This document shows, piece by piece, positions 11,928-24,812 of a stretch of DNA of 64,000 bases (position 1 is its first letter; every line of letters begins with the position of its first letter). Origin of the DNA: Botryllus schlosseri (lineage: Eukaryota); NCBI GenBank assembly GCA_051294905.1, contig CM119371.1, forward strand, positions 18,414,001 through 18,478,000. The letters are read 5' to 3'. The notes beneath the pieces were generated by a model, which ran no database searches, was not told where the DNA came from, and worked only from the letters and a program-made list of their open reading frames with translations. Made by a program: the position numbers and the translations under genes.

Positions 11928-14279
11928 CATAGTGTCCTATATGGTGTCGACACAAGCAAATCGCACGGTTCAATGAAATTGTATCACGTCACAGTTTCCA
12001 CTTGGCTACAGGCAATTTGACGGTGATTTTTGACCGACTTGCCGAGCATTAAATTTGATGAATGGGTATCAATCGAAAGCTGACGCTGTACTGCTTGCGA
12101 AAATATAAATTTTATTCCACTCATGGCCCTCGAACCCCCACAATCTGCCCCAAATTATTCATTGTCGAGTAGATTGGCAGTGTGACGCAACAATGATGTC
12201 TGGCGCAACGAGAGACTAGCTCAAGAGCAAGGATGCGGCCGAGCGGCGAGAGTGGGATCAGCTGACGCCGCGGCAATAGCAATGTGCAGCCGCGCCACAG
12301 AGAAACGCTGCGCTGTTGATACATTTTCTATGCGTTTCGGTACAAGCGAGCACACACCAGCCTTTCCTTGACTTGTAAGGTTAGAACTGGGTCCACGGAA
12401 TGTATTAGGGTCCTACCAATTTTCGCGCAATATCCTTCAGCTGATAGAGATATGTAGGCTACGCCTAAGTAGTCTACATTGGATATGTCAGATTATTATG
12501 ATATCGATTGCCTTAGCCCGCTTGTTGCGTAGGACTCCAGAGATGCGTGGCGCTGTTGATACTTTTTCTATGCGCTTCGCTAAAAGCGAGCACACACCAG
12601 CCTTTCCTTGACTTGTAAGGGTAGAACTGGGTCCACAGAATGTATTTGGTCCCTACCAATTTTCGCGCAATCCTTCAGCTGTTAGAGATATTTCTAGTAA
12701 GGAAATATACTTTCAAGTAATAAGATTCACTCAAGACAGCAAATTTAGATAATGTAAAAATATCATATTGTAGTAATACAACTACAGTGTTGAGTTTTCA
12801 CTCTAGTCCCCATAAGCACCACGTCGGTGACCTTGCCAAATTCCGAGAAGGCGAAAAAGTGCAAACTCTGTTGGGCCGAATGGACAATTGACATTCAGTT
12901 ATTCACAGATGCAAAAAAAAAACTGCAAATCCGTTTTACGTAAGTTACATTAGGAATATATATACAGGCTACAGAATGAAAGTAATTCAAATATCTGTGA
13001 TAGCACTGTATTACTTTTGACGCAAAAGGTCCCCGGCATTCAAAAAAACTGTTTGGTGATTGAAAAATGCTAAACCAAATTCTAACGTCAACGTTTATAG
13101 TGATATCAGATATATTCCAGTGAAAAACAGAGGTATGAATTTGATGGTAACATTTTGGAATCATTTGGCAGGTATGGCCCGCAAGCTTTCTAGTAACGGA
13201 TTGAATCCGGACAGCGATACCAGTTTAATTCGACACTCCATCTGTTAAACTTTATTCAACAATCAACATTTTACCTGCTGCATTCGCGGACCAAGTCCTA
13301 CCCATACAGATCAAATAAAAGCTTAATTGTAATGTATGCTCATGCTCAATGCTCCTTGCTCACACTTAACCATAAAAGCGACTATAGAAAGTATCTACAC
13401 CCGCCATCAACAGCGCGACGTGTCTCTGGAGCCCTACGCAACAAGCGGGCTAAGGCAATCGATATCATAATAATCTGACATATCCAATGTAGACTACTTA
13501 GACGTAGCCTACATATCTCTATCAGCTGACGGATATTGCGCGAAAATTGGTAGGGCCCTAATACATTCTGTGGACCCAGTTCTACCCTTACAAGTCAAGG
13601 AAAGGCTGGTGTGTGCTCGCTTTTAGCGAAGCGCATAGAAAAGGTATCAACAGCGCCACGCATCTCTGGAGCCCTACCCAACAAGCGGGCTAAGGCAATC
13701 GATATCATAATAATCTGACATATCCAATGTAGACTACTTAGACGTAGCCTACATATTTCTATCAGCTGAAGGATATTGCGCGAAAATTGGTAGGGCCCTA
13801 ATACATTCTGTGGACCCAGTTCTACCCTTACAAGTCATGGAAAGGCCGGTGTGTGCTCGCTTGTACCGAAACGCATAGAAAAAGTATCAACAGCGCAGCG
13901 TTTCTCTGTGGCGCGGTTGCACATTGCTATTGCCGCGACGTCAGCTGATCCCACTCTCGCCGCTCGGCCGCATCCTTGCTCTTGAGCTAGTCTCTCGTTT
14001 TGCCAGAGAGCATTGTTGGGTCACACTGCCAATCTACTCTACAATGAATAATTTGGGGCTGATTGTGGGGGTTCCGGGGCCGCGAGCGGAATAAAATTTA
14101 TATTTTCGTAATCAGTGCAGAGTCAGCTTTCGATTGATACCCGATTCATCAAATTTAATGCTCGGCAAGCCGGTCAAAAATCACCGTCAAATTGCCTGTA
14201 GCCAAATGGAAACTGTGACGTGATACAATTTCATTGAACCGTGCGATTTGCTTGTGTCGACACCATATAGGACACTATG
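11928..14279. mobile_element. Foldback DNA transposon with ~0.8-kb TIRs containing ~240-bp tandem repeats (Galileo/P-superfamily-like)
   Basis: Termini CATAGTGTCCTATATGGTGTCGACAC / GTGTCGACACCATATAGGACACTATG; 7-bp TSD GTACAAT at 11921-11927 and 14280-14286; ~240-bp units at 12313-12692 and inverted at about 13410-13895. Confidence 0.85.
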
Positions 14280-15998
14280 GTACAATCGTACATCTCGAAA
14301 GCTCACTTCGGGGACTTTCCCCTCGAGAAAACGAGCGCAAGCATCGACGCCCTGTTTTTTACATTCGACGTGGCTTGTATCGTAGACTGTGCGAAATTTT
14401 CTCTGATGTCAGTCAATCAGATACAGATTTTAGATGAGGACTTACGATTCCTAGACTAGACAAGCATCGCTCATATCGTATTTTGCTTGATCGATTAGTT
14501 TTGCATTGCATATGGGTGATCGGGCAGCCGCCCTAAATTCACGTGGTGTGGTGTGGTGCGATATGCCAGTAAACATTCGGGCGCTTCTTCGATATACGCC
14601 CCAGATCGAAACAGTGTTTCACATGTCACCAGCAATTGTTTTTTATACACGTCAAAAGAAATAGTTTTTGCCTGTGGAGGGACGGATATTAGGGTGGATG
14701 TTGGTTAGGGTCCTATATGGAATCTCGGTTTATTTTTTGAAATAAATCCTGCGTGATGAGAGCTTTTTTGTATAAAATAATTGAAGCAAATAAACAGAAA
14801 ATCCTATGTGATGTTGCCACCGATTCCATTCCGGGTTAGGGTCAAAGTTGGGGTCAGGGTATCCCAAGGTTAGGTTTTGGGGAGGGGGTATTAATGTACG
14901 AGAAAAGGATATTAGGGTTGGGGTCAGGGGAGGTTATTCCAAGATTAGTGTTGGGGAAGGGGGATATAAGGGTTAGAGGTGGGTTAGGGTCAAAGTTGGG
15001 GTTAGGGTATCCCAAGATTAGGGTTAGAGGATATTATGGTCGGAAGAGTGTGGGATATTAGGGTGGAATATCGTGTCCCTCACCCTGAACCGAATCTTGT
15101 GATACCCTAATCCTAACCCTAACCCAGCTCTAACTCTAACGGGTAATTTCTTGCCAAATCAACAAGGGGGTTACACCAAGGTTGGAGAATTTATATGAAA
15201 TTTGGCACACTGGTTGATATTGCTTTAGATCTGTCAAATCCAATTTTTTTTTTAGAAAATTCTAAAAAAGTATCACGTTATGAGGCTTCGAAGTTTGAAC
15301 ATTTTCCTTGTCACGCTTCATTGAACATTGTAAATTATTTTTTTAATGTCGTAATTTTGAAGGTAAAAAGCCGTTGATGTGGATGAAATTTGGGGACATG
15401 ATACCACTGGTCCCCAGGAATTCTTAAATTGATGGCTCGAACATTTCAGAGAATGTTATCATGTAAAAAAATGTTGCATGAGACGCCTACTGCTCGTTTT
15501 GGTACCGAAAGTTCAAACTCCCATAAATAAAACTTAGGGGAAAAATTTAAGAAACCAAAATTCTGATGTAGTGATCTTGAATATATTGTCTTTCATTTAA
15601 TAATGATTCAATCCATTAATTTCCAACTACACCAGTAAAAAACTTCAAATGAATGATTGGATTATAATAACAATGGAGTTCAGACCTTTACGTCATTGTT
15701 CATTGTGATGTCACGATGCATCCAATGTTAAAGGTGGCTGAATGGAGTTAACTAGCCCTGGGAATTACAGTATAGTTGTGGCTGAGTAACTAGTCCAATT
15801 TTAGTGAGTGAGTAACTTTATTGTCTCAATTGCAGCAGGTAAATAACTTATTTTGAATGTCATAGTTAGAAAGGTGATGTCTCAGCCTGAAAATTGCAGT
15901 ATTGGAATAAATTTGCCACAAATTACATTTTAACGTGAATACCGGCTTGGTAAGTGTGCCGATAAGTGTGGTTATATGATAGGAAATGATGGATTGGA

Positions 15999-16110
15999 TT
16001 GGTGTTGGACGTAAATAAAGAGCAATATGATGCGACAATCAAATTCCTGCATCCTCACGATCCATCAGATTCATTTCATTGGCCAACAAGAGAAGATATA
16101 TCTATTATGT
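15999..16110 (+). pseudogene. Fragment resembling the C-terminus of an invertebrate DNA-transposon protein
   Basis: VLDVNKEQYDATIKFLHPHDPSDSFHWPTREDI matches the (F)LHPxGP...FxWP...D pattern seen at the ends of some transposon ORFs; family not assigned. Confidence 0.4.
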
Positions 16111-16439
16111 CCCATTTTCTCACATACCGTATCGTACTTCTTTGCATTGACATGCATTCAAATGCTATAGTGGCAGACAATAGAAAATATATGAAGACAA
16201 TATTTAAAAAAAACGGAAGATGTTACATGGATTGGGCAATTGAGATGCTTTTGTATGAAAAACTAATGCATATTCATTCAAGTATATTACGAGAACATTT
16301 TCTATTAATTTCAGTGGTTTTTCAGTTATGTTGTTCATAATACAGAAACTGTAAAATCCAGACCACATGGCATGTGAAATTTGGATTGGATTGCATGTAT
16401 TAATTTACAGTAGGCCTACATAACCAGACCACATATTTA

Positions 16440-17310
16440 AATGCTCCATCTCTAGGGTTTTGAAAAAATCGGATATAGCTCCCAAATACGGACCAGAAAA
16501 ATGCCCGGCATTTTTACACCTGCCTTGGCTAGGTAACGTGTCCAACCGTTTTGAAAAACTCATTAAATCGGCTGTTCACCGTTGTTATTACAGCGTAAAC
16601 ACGCATATGGTGTACACAACAAAACCCCTGTTGCCGAACTCTCGAAAAGGTGTACTTCCTGCCTTTGAAGCAAGTAATGTTGTTCACCAATACCAGTGCC
16701 ACTGTGATAGTAGGTATGTAGGACGTACATCTCAAAGATTGTTTGAGCGTATTAAGCAGCATATCCCAAAATTGATTCGGTCAAAAACATGCGTAAATGA
16801 TCGCACGGAGCTTGCACGTTAGTGCAAATTGGCTGCCAAAACAGACTGCTATGACGATTACCAAGCATATGCTTCGTCAATTGGTCAGCATTTGAGTGAA
16901 AACCTTGCCTGTGCACAGCACTATGATGACAATATGTTCACTGTCATTGCGCGTGGTAGGTCTTTGTTTCATCTAAAAGTGCTTGAGTCTACTATTATTC
17001 AGTTGAACAAACCTATTATATGTAGACAAAAAGATTTACTCTATAACCTAAAAATTTCTCATTAGTGCGTGTTGTCCCGTGCGTGTAAATGTTTATTTAT
17101 GAATTGCATTGCTACTATAGTACCGTATGTCCGTATACTTCATAGATTGTTATTGTTGCCATTGGTACAATGCAAATTTCATTTTCTGTGATTTTGATTG
17201 TTGCGTCATACTTTGCCTTTTTGGTTTTGCTTTTAAATCTGTTTAAATCCCTTTAGTGTGCCGTTAACTCTTAAAAAGATGCTCCCGAAAAGTCTTCGAG
17301 TTCAATAAAT
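16440..17310 (+). mobile_element. 5'-truncated Penelope-like element (GIY-YIG endonuclease region plus 3' UTR)
   Basis: HLPWLG..., CHCDSRYVGRTSQRLFERIKQH, SSIGQHL, HLKVLESTIIQLNKPIICRQK; in-frame TAG at 16820-16822; AATAAA near 17304. Confidence 0.88.
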
Positions 17311-19544
17311 ATTATTTTACAATGGGTATTGTATTGAAAGCTATAACCATTTTATGCAAATTCCGTTTGTTAAGCTTGTTTGTTTATGACATCATAATCG
17401 AAAATACCAAAAATTCACAGTAATCAGAAATTGGCAAATTTCCACCAGATAACGTGAAAAGTAATTGTTCAAATTTTGTAGCAAAGTAGAAGGCATATTG
17501 AAAATCATTCCTCGAACCCCAATATCCGCCCTCTCCAACTCTAATATCCCTCTCTCCTGCAACCCTCCCTCCCTAGCCCTAATATCCCCCTCTCCTCCAA
17601 CCATAATATCCACCCTTCCAAAACAAAGGCAAAAAACAACCTATTTTGACGTTTATAAATTTTAGTGTGTCCATGTGAAACATTTCTTGGTGTCATGGGA
17701 ACACTGTTTCGATATGGGGCGTATATCGAAGAAGCGCCAACATTTGAGGATCATGAGTTCGCAGATTAGTGTAGTTGTTCCCCAGGTTAGTCAGGTTAAG
17801 AATCTCAGTAGTGATGCACATGCACACTGGTTTTCATAACATTGATGGTACCGTTTTTATGCGTTTATAGTGACCCCGTGAACCCTGAACCGATAGATAC
17901 AAACAGATCAGTCTAGCCGACTGCAGAGAATAGTCTAATGGCTCCCTTGAACTCTTAAAATATTTGCCCAGCCTCAATATTTATTTTAGCGTCTTTACCA
18001 AACGATGGGGCCTGATCGCGAAATAGGGGATGATTACCATCACTAGCTAAACTATAAAAGCGGCACTGCGCTCTAAAAATGATGTTGTCTTAACCGAATG
18101 GCAACGGCTACAATTTTCGAAAAATTTTACTTCAATTTTCAAAATCGAAAAACTGTGCCTTAATGGGATTGGAGCCCGGTAAACAAGGTAGCGTTCGATT
18201 CAGAATTTCAACGCGGATCCGATTGCGCCACTCAAATCATTTCGAGCTCTGTGTCTGGCCACTTATATCAAGAGCAAGCCGTGAAAACGTTGGTTGGAAA
18301 CAGAAATGCTAAATTGCGGACCTTATGAACCTTAGTATAGGTATTCGACGACCATACAGTCTGGTGTATTGTATAGGCTCAGAATTCATCGTTCTAGAGA
18401 GCCCTGAGTCGACGGTCTACGTCTAGCAGGCGCTAATTTCTAATCAAAACAATGCCGACCGTTTTAGTCAGCTCGCGGTAGACCGCAGACAGAGTAAGTC
18501 ATGGCGCGTGATTCGCGCGTATGGTAACTTCGAAGGCTTATAACTCTAACTGTTGTGACCCTATATTAGTCATTTTAGTGTTCGTAGACGGATATTTACA
18601 GTCCATAATGATACCATGATACCATAATGATTTACTGCAAATGCTTATCATTACTACAACGTAAGATATATATCGATGTACGACAGCTCTTTGTATACCC
18701 AGACGCACGCTTTTGCGTAGGTATAATCGCTGAGTAATATTGTATGTATTCCGAATTATACTTTACCATTAGCCGTTATTTAGAATCATATAGACAACAA
18801 CAATTCACAGACACAATCTATGAAGGTGTATGCCTATTAGAACACGATATATTTCACGTTATGTGACGGGTATTCAGCCATGTGCTTGAGGCGGGTACGG
18901 TAGTCTGACGGAATTCGCTTCCCGGTTTTCAAATGAAACCTTGAGCGGTATAGAACTAACTAGTATAGTTGCTTTAGCACAATATAAACAGAAACTGACA
19001 ATCGCTATTCATAGCAACAAACTACAGCTGGTTATGACGAATAAAACCAACTAAACGACAGTGTATATGGCGGGTATGAGGAACGCGCGTGTCTGCGAAA
19101 TGATGCTTCGGCGGATATTTTTGTCACGCGGCCTATCACATAGCTTTTGATCAGCTTAGATGTAACTAATATCAGATATGAAGATATGTGTGGACTTGTA
19201 TGGACACTAGCTATTGACATAATGAAACAACTATGCCCGAAGGCGGCTAGAACGAAACATACAGAACGTTATCTGAGAGTGGTCAATGACGCGCGAATTG
19301 CCGACACAGGGCATTTTGCAACATAATTATCTACGGTGTTTGATATACGATTTTGACGTCTTCGATATAATAAATATCAAATAACAAGGTATCAATGAAC
19401 TTGTACGAACAATATCTATTCACAGAAATGAACAACAACGACCTAGCACGATTAATATGTAATATATCGTGGTTTCAATTACGGCACCCTTCTCTCGTAC
19501 CGGCATGTCGAAAAATAGACACGCCGGTGCGAAACGGTTAAATT

Positions 19545-19832
19545 GGTGACTCGTCTTGACTCGAGTCATTTATTCAAATGCGTAAAATGACTCGACTCGA
19601 GTCAATTTTTGTATTGAATCGACTTGTACTCGAGGCATTTCGTTGTAGCTTCGACGGACACTAAAGTTACCACATTAATGTCCTTTGTCTATCAATCCTG
19701 ATACTTGAGAATAGAGTCGGAAAATTGATTGACTCGGTGATGAATTGAAAATGTCTCGACTTGACTCGAGTCAAAACTATGAAAGTGAATTTGACTTGTG
19801 ACTCGCAACCTTTTGACTTGGTTACAACCCTG
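19545..19832 (-). mobile_element. Partial GACTCGAGTC-rich hAT MITE
   Basis: Ends GGTTACAACCCTG; same family as 31654-38372, 40092-40649, 44402-44956 and 61703-62417. Confidence 0.75.
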
Positions 19833-20674
19833 CACTACTGTTTTCAAGCGGAAAATCAAAACCGTTTTATTCACAGGAGCGTTCGAACTACGGTAGTGTT
19901 CATTCTGCCGTACAATTATGCACTCCGTCTGCCGTCGTTTACGTTCCATTCCTCCTATAACTCATTTGCCTATTTAGTGTAAGTTTGGATTTCGATGTGT
20001 GCATCCATAAGATTAAGTTATATTATTTAGTTCTCTTGATTATTCTGAGAGATCGTAATTACAATCTCTGCAAACATTGCATTGTTATTTCAATATTCAC
20101 TATTAATAGTAATATGGAGATAATGGAAGAAATGTGGGGGACCATTTCCTTGCTTCAAGCCAGTGATTCCCAACAGTTCTTATTAGCAGGTCCGCACTTA
20201 AAACTTCAAAGTACGTATTTACATGATATCTGAGTTTTTGCAGGTTTACACTACTGTGCTGATGCTTTCAAAAACATTTTTGCTACGCAAAAATTAACAA
20301 TGAACCAGTTTCTTGTAAAGGCATACATGAGCAGTCTGTACCTCAAAATGTCTCAGGAATTCCTGCGTTTAGTGTTGCTGATGTGCTTCTCAATGAGCGT
20401 GTTATTAGTAGACATCAAGTCATTCTTAAAATGTGTCTTCATAATGGTGGGAGGCTCTGAAGTGATAAAAATTGATGCAACTACGATCGTGTTGACCCTA
20501 CTTGTGCCATCGTATGTTGGTGTCGTACTTTTATTGATGTCATGGCTGGTTATTCTGCGAAATTTCTGTTATAAAATTTTAGGGATGCTCAATGCTCATT
20601 TTCATATCAATTTCTAGAATTGCATTTGTTTATTGATCACATCACAAGAAGAAAATTCATAGAGGGTTCTGGTT

Positions 20675-21679
20675 TTGAAGTGCAGATTCAAGAACAACAT
20701 GGCAATGTATGCTGATGTCAAAAGCGAATCTGATTGCGAAAACTACAAATGTGATGTGCATGGGGAAAAATTCACACGGAAGAGTGACCTGAAAAAATGC
20801 ATGGTTACGGATGCTGGTATCGACTGTCATAAATGTGATGTATGTGGGAAAGAATTTGCACGCAAATGTGGACTCGAGACACACATAGTCATGCATGCTA
20901 GTTTTAAAAACCATGAATGTGAGATTTGTGGCAAAGTATTCATTGTAAAATCTAGATTGAAGTTGCATCTTGAAGACGTTCATTTTGGTATAAAAAATCA
21001 CAAGTGTGATGTATGTGGGAAAAATTTCTCACGGAGGGGTTACTTCAAGCAGCACATGGCCATGCATGCTGGTCTTAGACGACATAAATGTGATGTTTGT
21101 GGAAAAGAATATATGGAAAAGAGTCATCTGAACTTACACATGAGCATTCACACCGGTGTAAAGAAGCATAGCTGTTTCGTTTGTGGGAAAAAATTCGCTG
21201 GAAAATCCGACTTGAACAGACATCTTTATAGGCATGCTGGTGTCAAAAACCATGAATGCGATATTTGTGGGAAAGCTTTCGATATGAAAGGTTCCTTGAA
21301 AAAGCATCTTGATATCCATTTTGGTGTCAGAAGTCACATATGTGTTCTGTGTGCCAAAGAATTCTCGTTTAAGGGTGACCTCAAAAGACACATGGATAGG
21401 CATATTGGTGTCAAGAACCATAAATGTGAGGTTTGTGGAAAAGAATTCATTCTGAAGGGTAACCAAAAGGTACACATGAATATACATTCTGGGGTCAGGA
21501 ATCACGAATGTAGAGTTTGTGGCAAAAAATTCACTTTGAAGGGTAACCTCAGGACACACATGTATATGCATTCCGGTGTCAAGAATCATAAATGTGCTGT
21601 TTGTGGGAAAGAATGTACTCTTTTTAAGGCTAATCTTGAGAAGCACATGAAAATTCATTATGGTCTCAAGAATCACTAA
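20675..21679 (+). CDS. C2H2 zinc-finger array (10 intact fingers plus degenerate flanking fingers); terminal exon of a ZNF gene or a young pseudogene
   Basis: Repeated HxCxxCGKxFxxKxxLxxHxxxH units with (A/F/T/S/I)GVKNH-type linkers; candidate splice acceptor TTTTTGCAG near 20243, but upstream frames contain stops; an out-of-frame degenerate finger follows the stop. Confidence 0.85.
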   Translation: MKCRFKNNMAMYADVKSESDCENYKCDVHGEKFTRKSDLKKCMVTDAGIDCHKCDVCGKEFARKCGLETHIVMHASFKNHECEICGKVFIVKSRLKLHLEDVHFGIKNHKCDVCGKNFSRRGYFKQHMAMHAGLRRHKCDVCGKEYMEKSHLNLHMSIHTGVKKHSCFVCGKKFAGKSDLNRHLYRHAGVKNHECDICGKAFDMKGSLKKHLDIHFGVRSHICVLCAKEFSFKGDLKRHMDRHIGVKNHKCEVCGKEFILKGNQKVHMNIHSGVRNHECRVCGKKFTLKGNLRTHMYMHSGVKNHKCAVCGKECTLFKANLEKHMKIHYGLKNH

Positions 21680-23563
21680 TTGTGGGAAGAATTCATGACA
21701 TGGAAAAGGGTAAATTTGACGCGAACATTGCAATTGCTGTAAATGCATCTAGGCGAGGCTGAGCAGTGAGCACGGTATGCCACGCACATCCAGTATTTTG
21801 GGGGGTAGGCTACACTGCATCCCATTAGTCATGTATCGGCATAAACTTGCTGGTCAATTGTGTGATTTACAAAAATTTTGCTGCCCCGTAACATCGGGTG
21901 ACTTTGTACCAATTTATCAGTTTAATGCTGTTTTTTTATGATATGTTATGATTTTCGAACATCTGCAATGTTGTTTTGAGTGGACGGATTGCATGAAAAA
22001 AACTTCATGTTCTCTATCAATTTAATAGAATTTTTAGTGCAGGTCAAAGTCACATGTAAACAGACCTACTTTCGCCGTCTGTAATTAATCACCAAATGCA
22101 GTGTCAAGACTGCTAGCAGTCATATATACTAATCACACAAGTTGACAAGTCTTTTAAAAGTGTCATATATATCTTATAGTGGTACCACTGGTACAGCATC
22201 AAGTTTATTGGTAAGATGGAGGAAATATTCTTTCATAACCTGGTGTTGAAGCCTGCTCGTTTGCAAGTATTATTTGTACACAGCCTTATTTGGTAATGAC
22301 TGATTTCCCTGACTCGCTCTCATCCTGGGCCATTTCGATTCAATCTGTCCACCACAGACATACCCATGTAATCTGTTGAATATTTTATTTTAATTCACGT
22401 AAAATGAATTTGGCGTACTTTTGGATTGCTAATTCCGCTTTATAACACTCCGTCACGCTAGCTACTCGACACCTTCCTATCTATTCATTGTATCGCAGTT
22501 TTGTGATGTTTTGAAATGATGGATGAAAATATTAATAAACTGATACTTATACTGATAGCTCACGTTATTTTCCAAAAAAAAACTATTTGAGCTAGGTATT
22601 TTATCCTGCAGCGCACTGCGTGTCGATATCGAAAAGGCAGTGTAGGCTACGGTACAACTTTTGACAGTGATGCCCTTTGTACATTAACGATATTTTGAAG
22701 CTTTTTGGCCAAAATAATTGACTAAATATACTTGTATTTGGGAGCTACAAAATTAAATTGTCAGAGTATTTCTTCATCGTAACACAAAGGATGATACTGC
22801 TTAGTGTTGTTACCCCCATTCATGTTAAATTTAAGAGCTAGGTGCAGCACGAAATTTAATGTGAGCAAATCTCTACCACATTTTTAGTTGATTTAGTAGT
22901 CACACAAAGCAATAAGACAAAACGTATTATAATCAACTTCCCCGTATTGCCAATCACAGAGGAGAATTCGGGATGTCTACATCGATCTCGAACCAAATGC
23001 TATGAGCCCGTAGGCCTTACCCGATGGTTATTATAACAACCTGAATTTGATCCCGAAAGTAGCACATACAATTATACCGTTATCAGTCGAGTGGTCTAAT
23101 ATTGAAGTCCCAACCCAAAATTGGACTTCGACCACTTACCCATTTTTTACCACAGTCCTTAAAATAGGGGGGCACCAGACTAGCTCAATTTTTAAAAGGG
23201 GGCACTGGACAAAAAAGGTCAGGAACCACTGGCTTACGCTATTCAGTTTTCACTGGTGAGCTAATTTCTTCTCCAATAAAGCAGGATGGCGTCTCGGCGA
23301 CTTGGATCCTTTTGTCTGTGCTCATTACGCAAAGTCCCCCTTGGAACTCCAGTTTTCTGACTAACTCATGTTACTCATATTTCTGACATTCCACCATGCC
23401 CGTTTATTCTCGACTCTACTCGTAGCTGATCTTCTGAGTAGTCTTTATGTCGCCTGACACCGACCTTTATTTTATATTTCTTTGGTATTTAATTACTTTG
23501 GATGATACTGATACTAAGATTGATCACAGTGCAAAAATACCGATGTTAGCTGACGGCAAATAG

Positions 23564-24010
23564 TAGGGATGGTGTGAACCTCTGAAAGGTTCTGGTTCGT
23601 GTGAATGCGAATTGCGAACCTTTTTGAGAGGTTCTGTGTGAACACGAACGTGAACCACATGACGTCATATTGCTAATACCAACCCTACATTTTAGTGAGG
23701 TGATAGCCTATATTAATGTACACAATACCTAGCGACGTCCCGGCCCACATAATGCCACAATGCTGAAGTACATATTGACGTTTTGCACGTCGCCAAATTT
23801 ATCAACTAGGGAAATCAAATGATTTAATAATCCCATATAGTCAATATCTTCCGTCGCTTTGCCAACAGTTTCGACGGGGACTTGCAAGGGAATATAAGAT
23901 TTCGCCTTAACAGTCTAGGCCAGACCGGACAAGTTTCGTTTGTGAACGTGAACCTTTAAATTTCCGAGGTTCACACAGAGAACGCGAACCTCAAGTTCAC
24001 ACCATCCCTA
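23564..24010. mobile_element. hAT-type MITE with GTGAAC subterminal motifs
   Basis: TIR TAGGGATGGTGTGAAC / GTTCACACCATCCCTA; TSD GCAAATAG / GTAAATAG (7/8). Confidence 0.85.
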
Positions 24011-24302
24011 GTAAATAGCTGGCTAATGTTGCCCCAGAACTTGAAGGGAATTTGCATGACAACAGCGAGAATTGTAGCTGGGATCCTTGTCTCGAATTAC
24101 TTCTGCTGGAACATTCGATTGTTGATATGAGCAACCAGTCGTATCTCTGAAGAACGGTACACATATGGCCTGTTTTTTCCTTCATCATTTGGTTACGATT
24201 GTTGATTTTGTTGGTATTCATTCTGTTTATCTCCATGATTTCATATCACTTTCCTCTGTAATGAGACTGATTTCAATTTGTTGCACGCAATTGCATGACG
24301 AC

Positions 24303-24812
24303 TAGGGCTGGGCAAAATGATTCGAGTACTCGAATCAGAATCGAGTAGTAATTTCAATGATTCGAGTCGAGTAGTAAAAGACGATTTTTTCGAGTAATGA
24401 AATTATACGATCCTCGCAACTGAAAGATAATTTACTGACGAGAATCATAGTTTTGATACTATTTTCCACTGAGGAAGCCGTGAAACCTTGATTGGCCGTG
24501 TTTCAGCATACCAGGCACAGTACAAAGCTACGAACGTTACTGGAAACAACACATTTCCGAAGTCATTATCATCTAAAAAAATTGTTAAGAAGTGCACTGA
24601 AATCGGTATGGTCGAAAAAGTACCAAAGCATCTTTAATGTGATGGAAAACAGGTATTACGTTCTTTGTGGAGGCATAAAAGGTTTATGTTTGAACTTCGA
24701 CATATTACATCCTGCTATGACGTCATAATGAGTGATACTCGATTACTCGACTCGAAGCATATTACGTGATTCAGAATCGAATCACTCAGGTACTCGATCT
24801 TGCCCAGCCCTA
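24303..24812. mobile_element. hAT-type MITE with ACTCGAATC motifs
   Basis: TIR TAGGGCTGGGCAA / TTGCCCAGCCCTA; perfect TSD ATGACGAC at 24295-24302 and 24813-24820; inverted relative at 39345-39856. Confidence 0.9.

Larger units (their letters stand above)
14580..17738. mobile_element. Non-autonomous TIR element with GG termini, 8-bp TSD and TTAGGG-like subterminal tracts (superfamily uncertain, Merlin-like?)
   Basis: TIR GGCGCTTCTTCGATATACGCCCC / GGGGCGTATATCGAAGAAGCGCC; TSD AACATTCG (14572-14579) / AACATTTG (17739-17746); GGGTTAGGG-rich 14820-15060, CCCTAATATCC-rich 17510-17620. Confidence 0.75.

Noticed and set aside
17265-17305. Hammerhead ribozyme in the Penelope 3' region (AAGATGCTCCCGAAAAGTC)
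   Set aside because: Penelope repeats often carry hammerheads, but the CUGAnGA core and stem II are missing here; at most a decayed remnant
21134-21748. Antisense ORFs over the ZNF, Academ and Utopia coding regions
   Set aside because: Shadow ORFs of real coding strands, with no recognisable motifs
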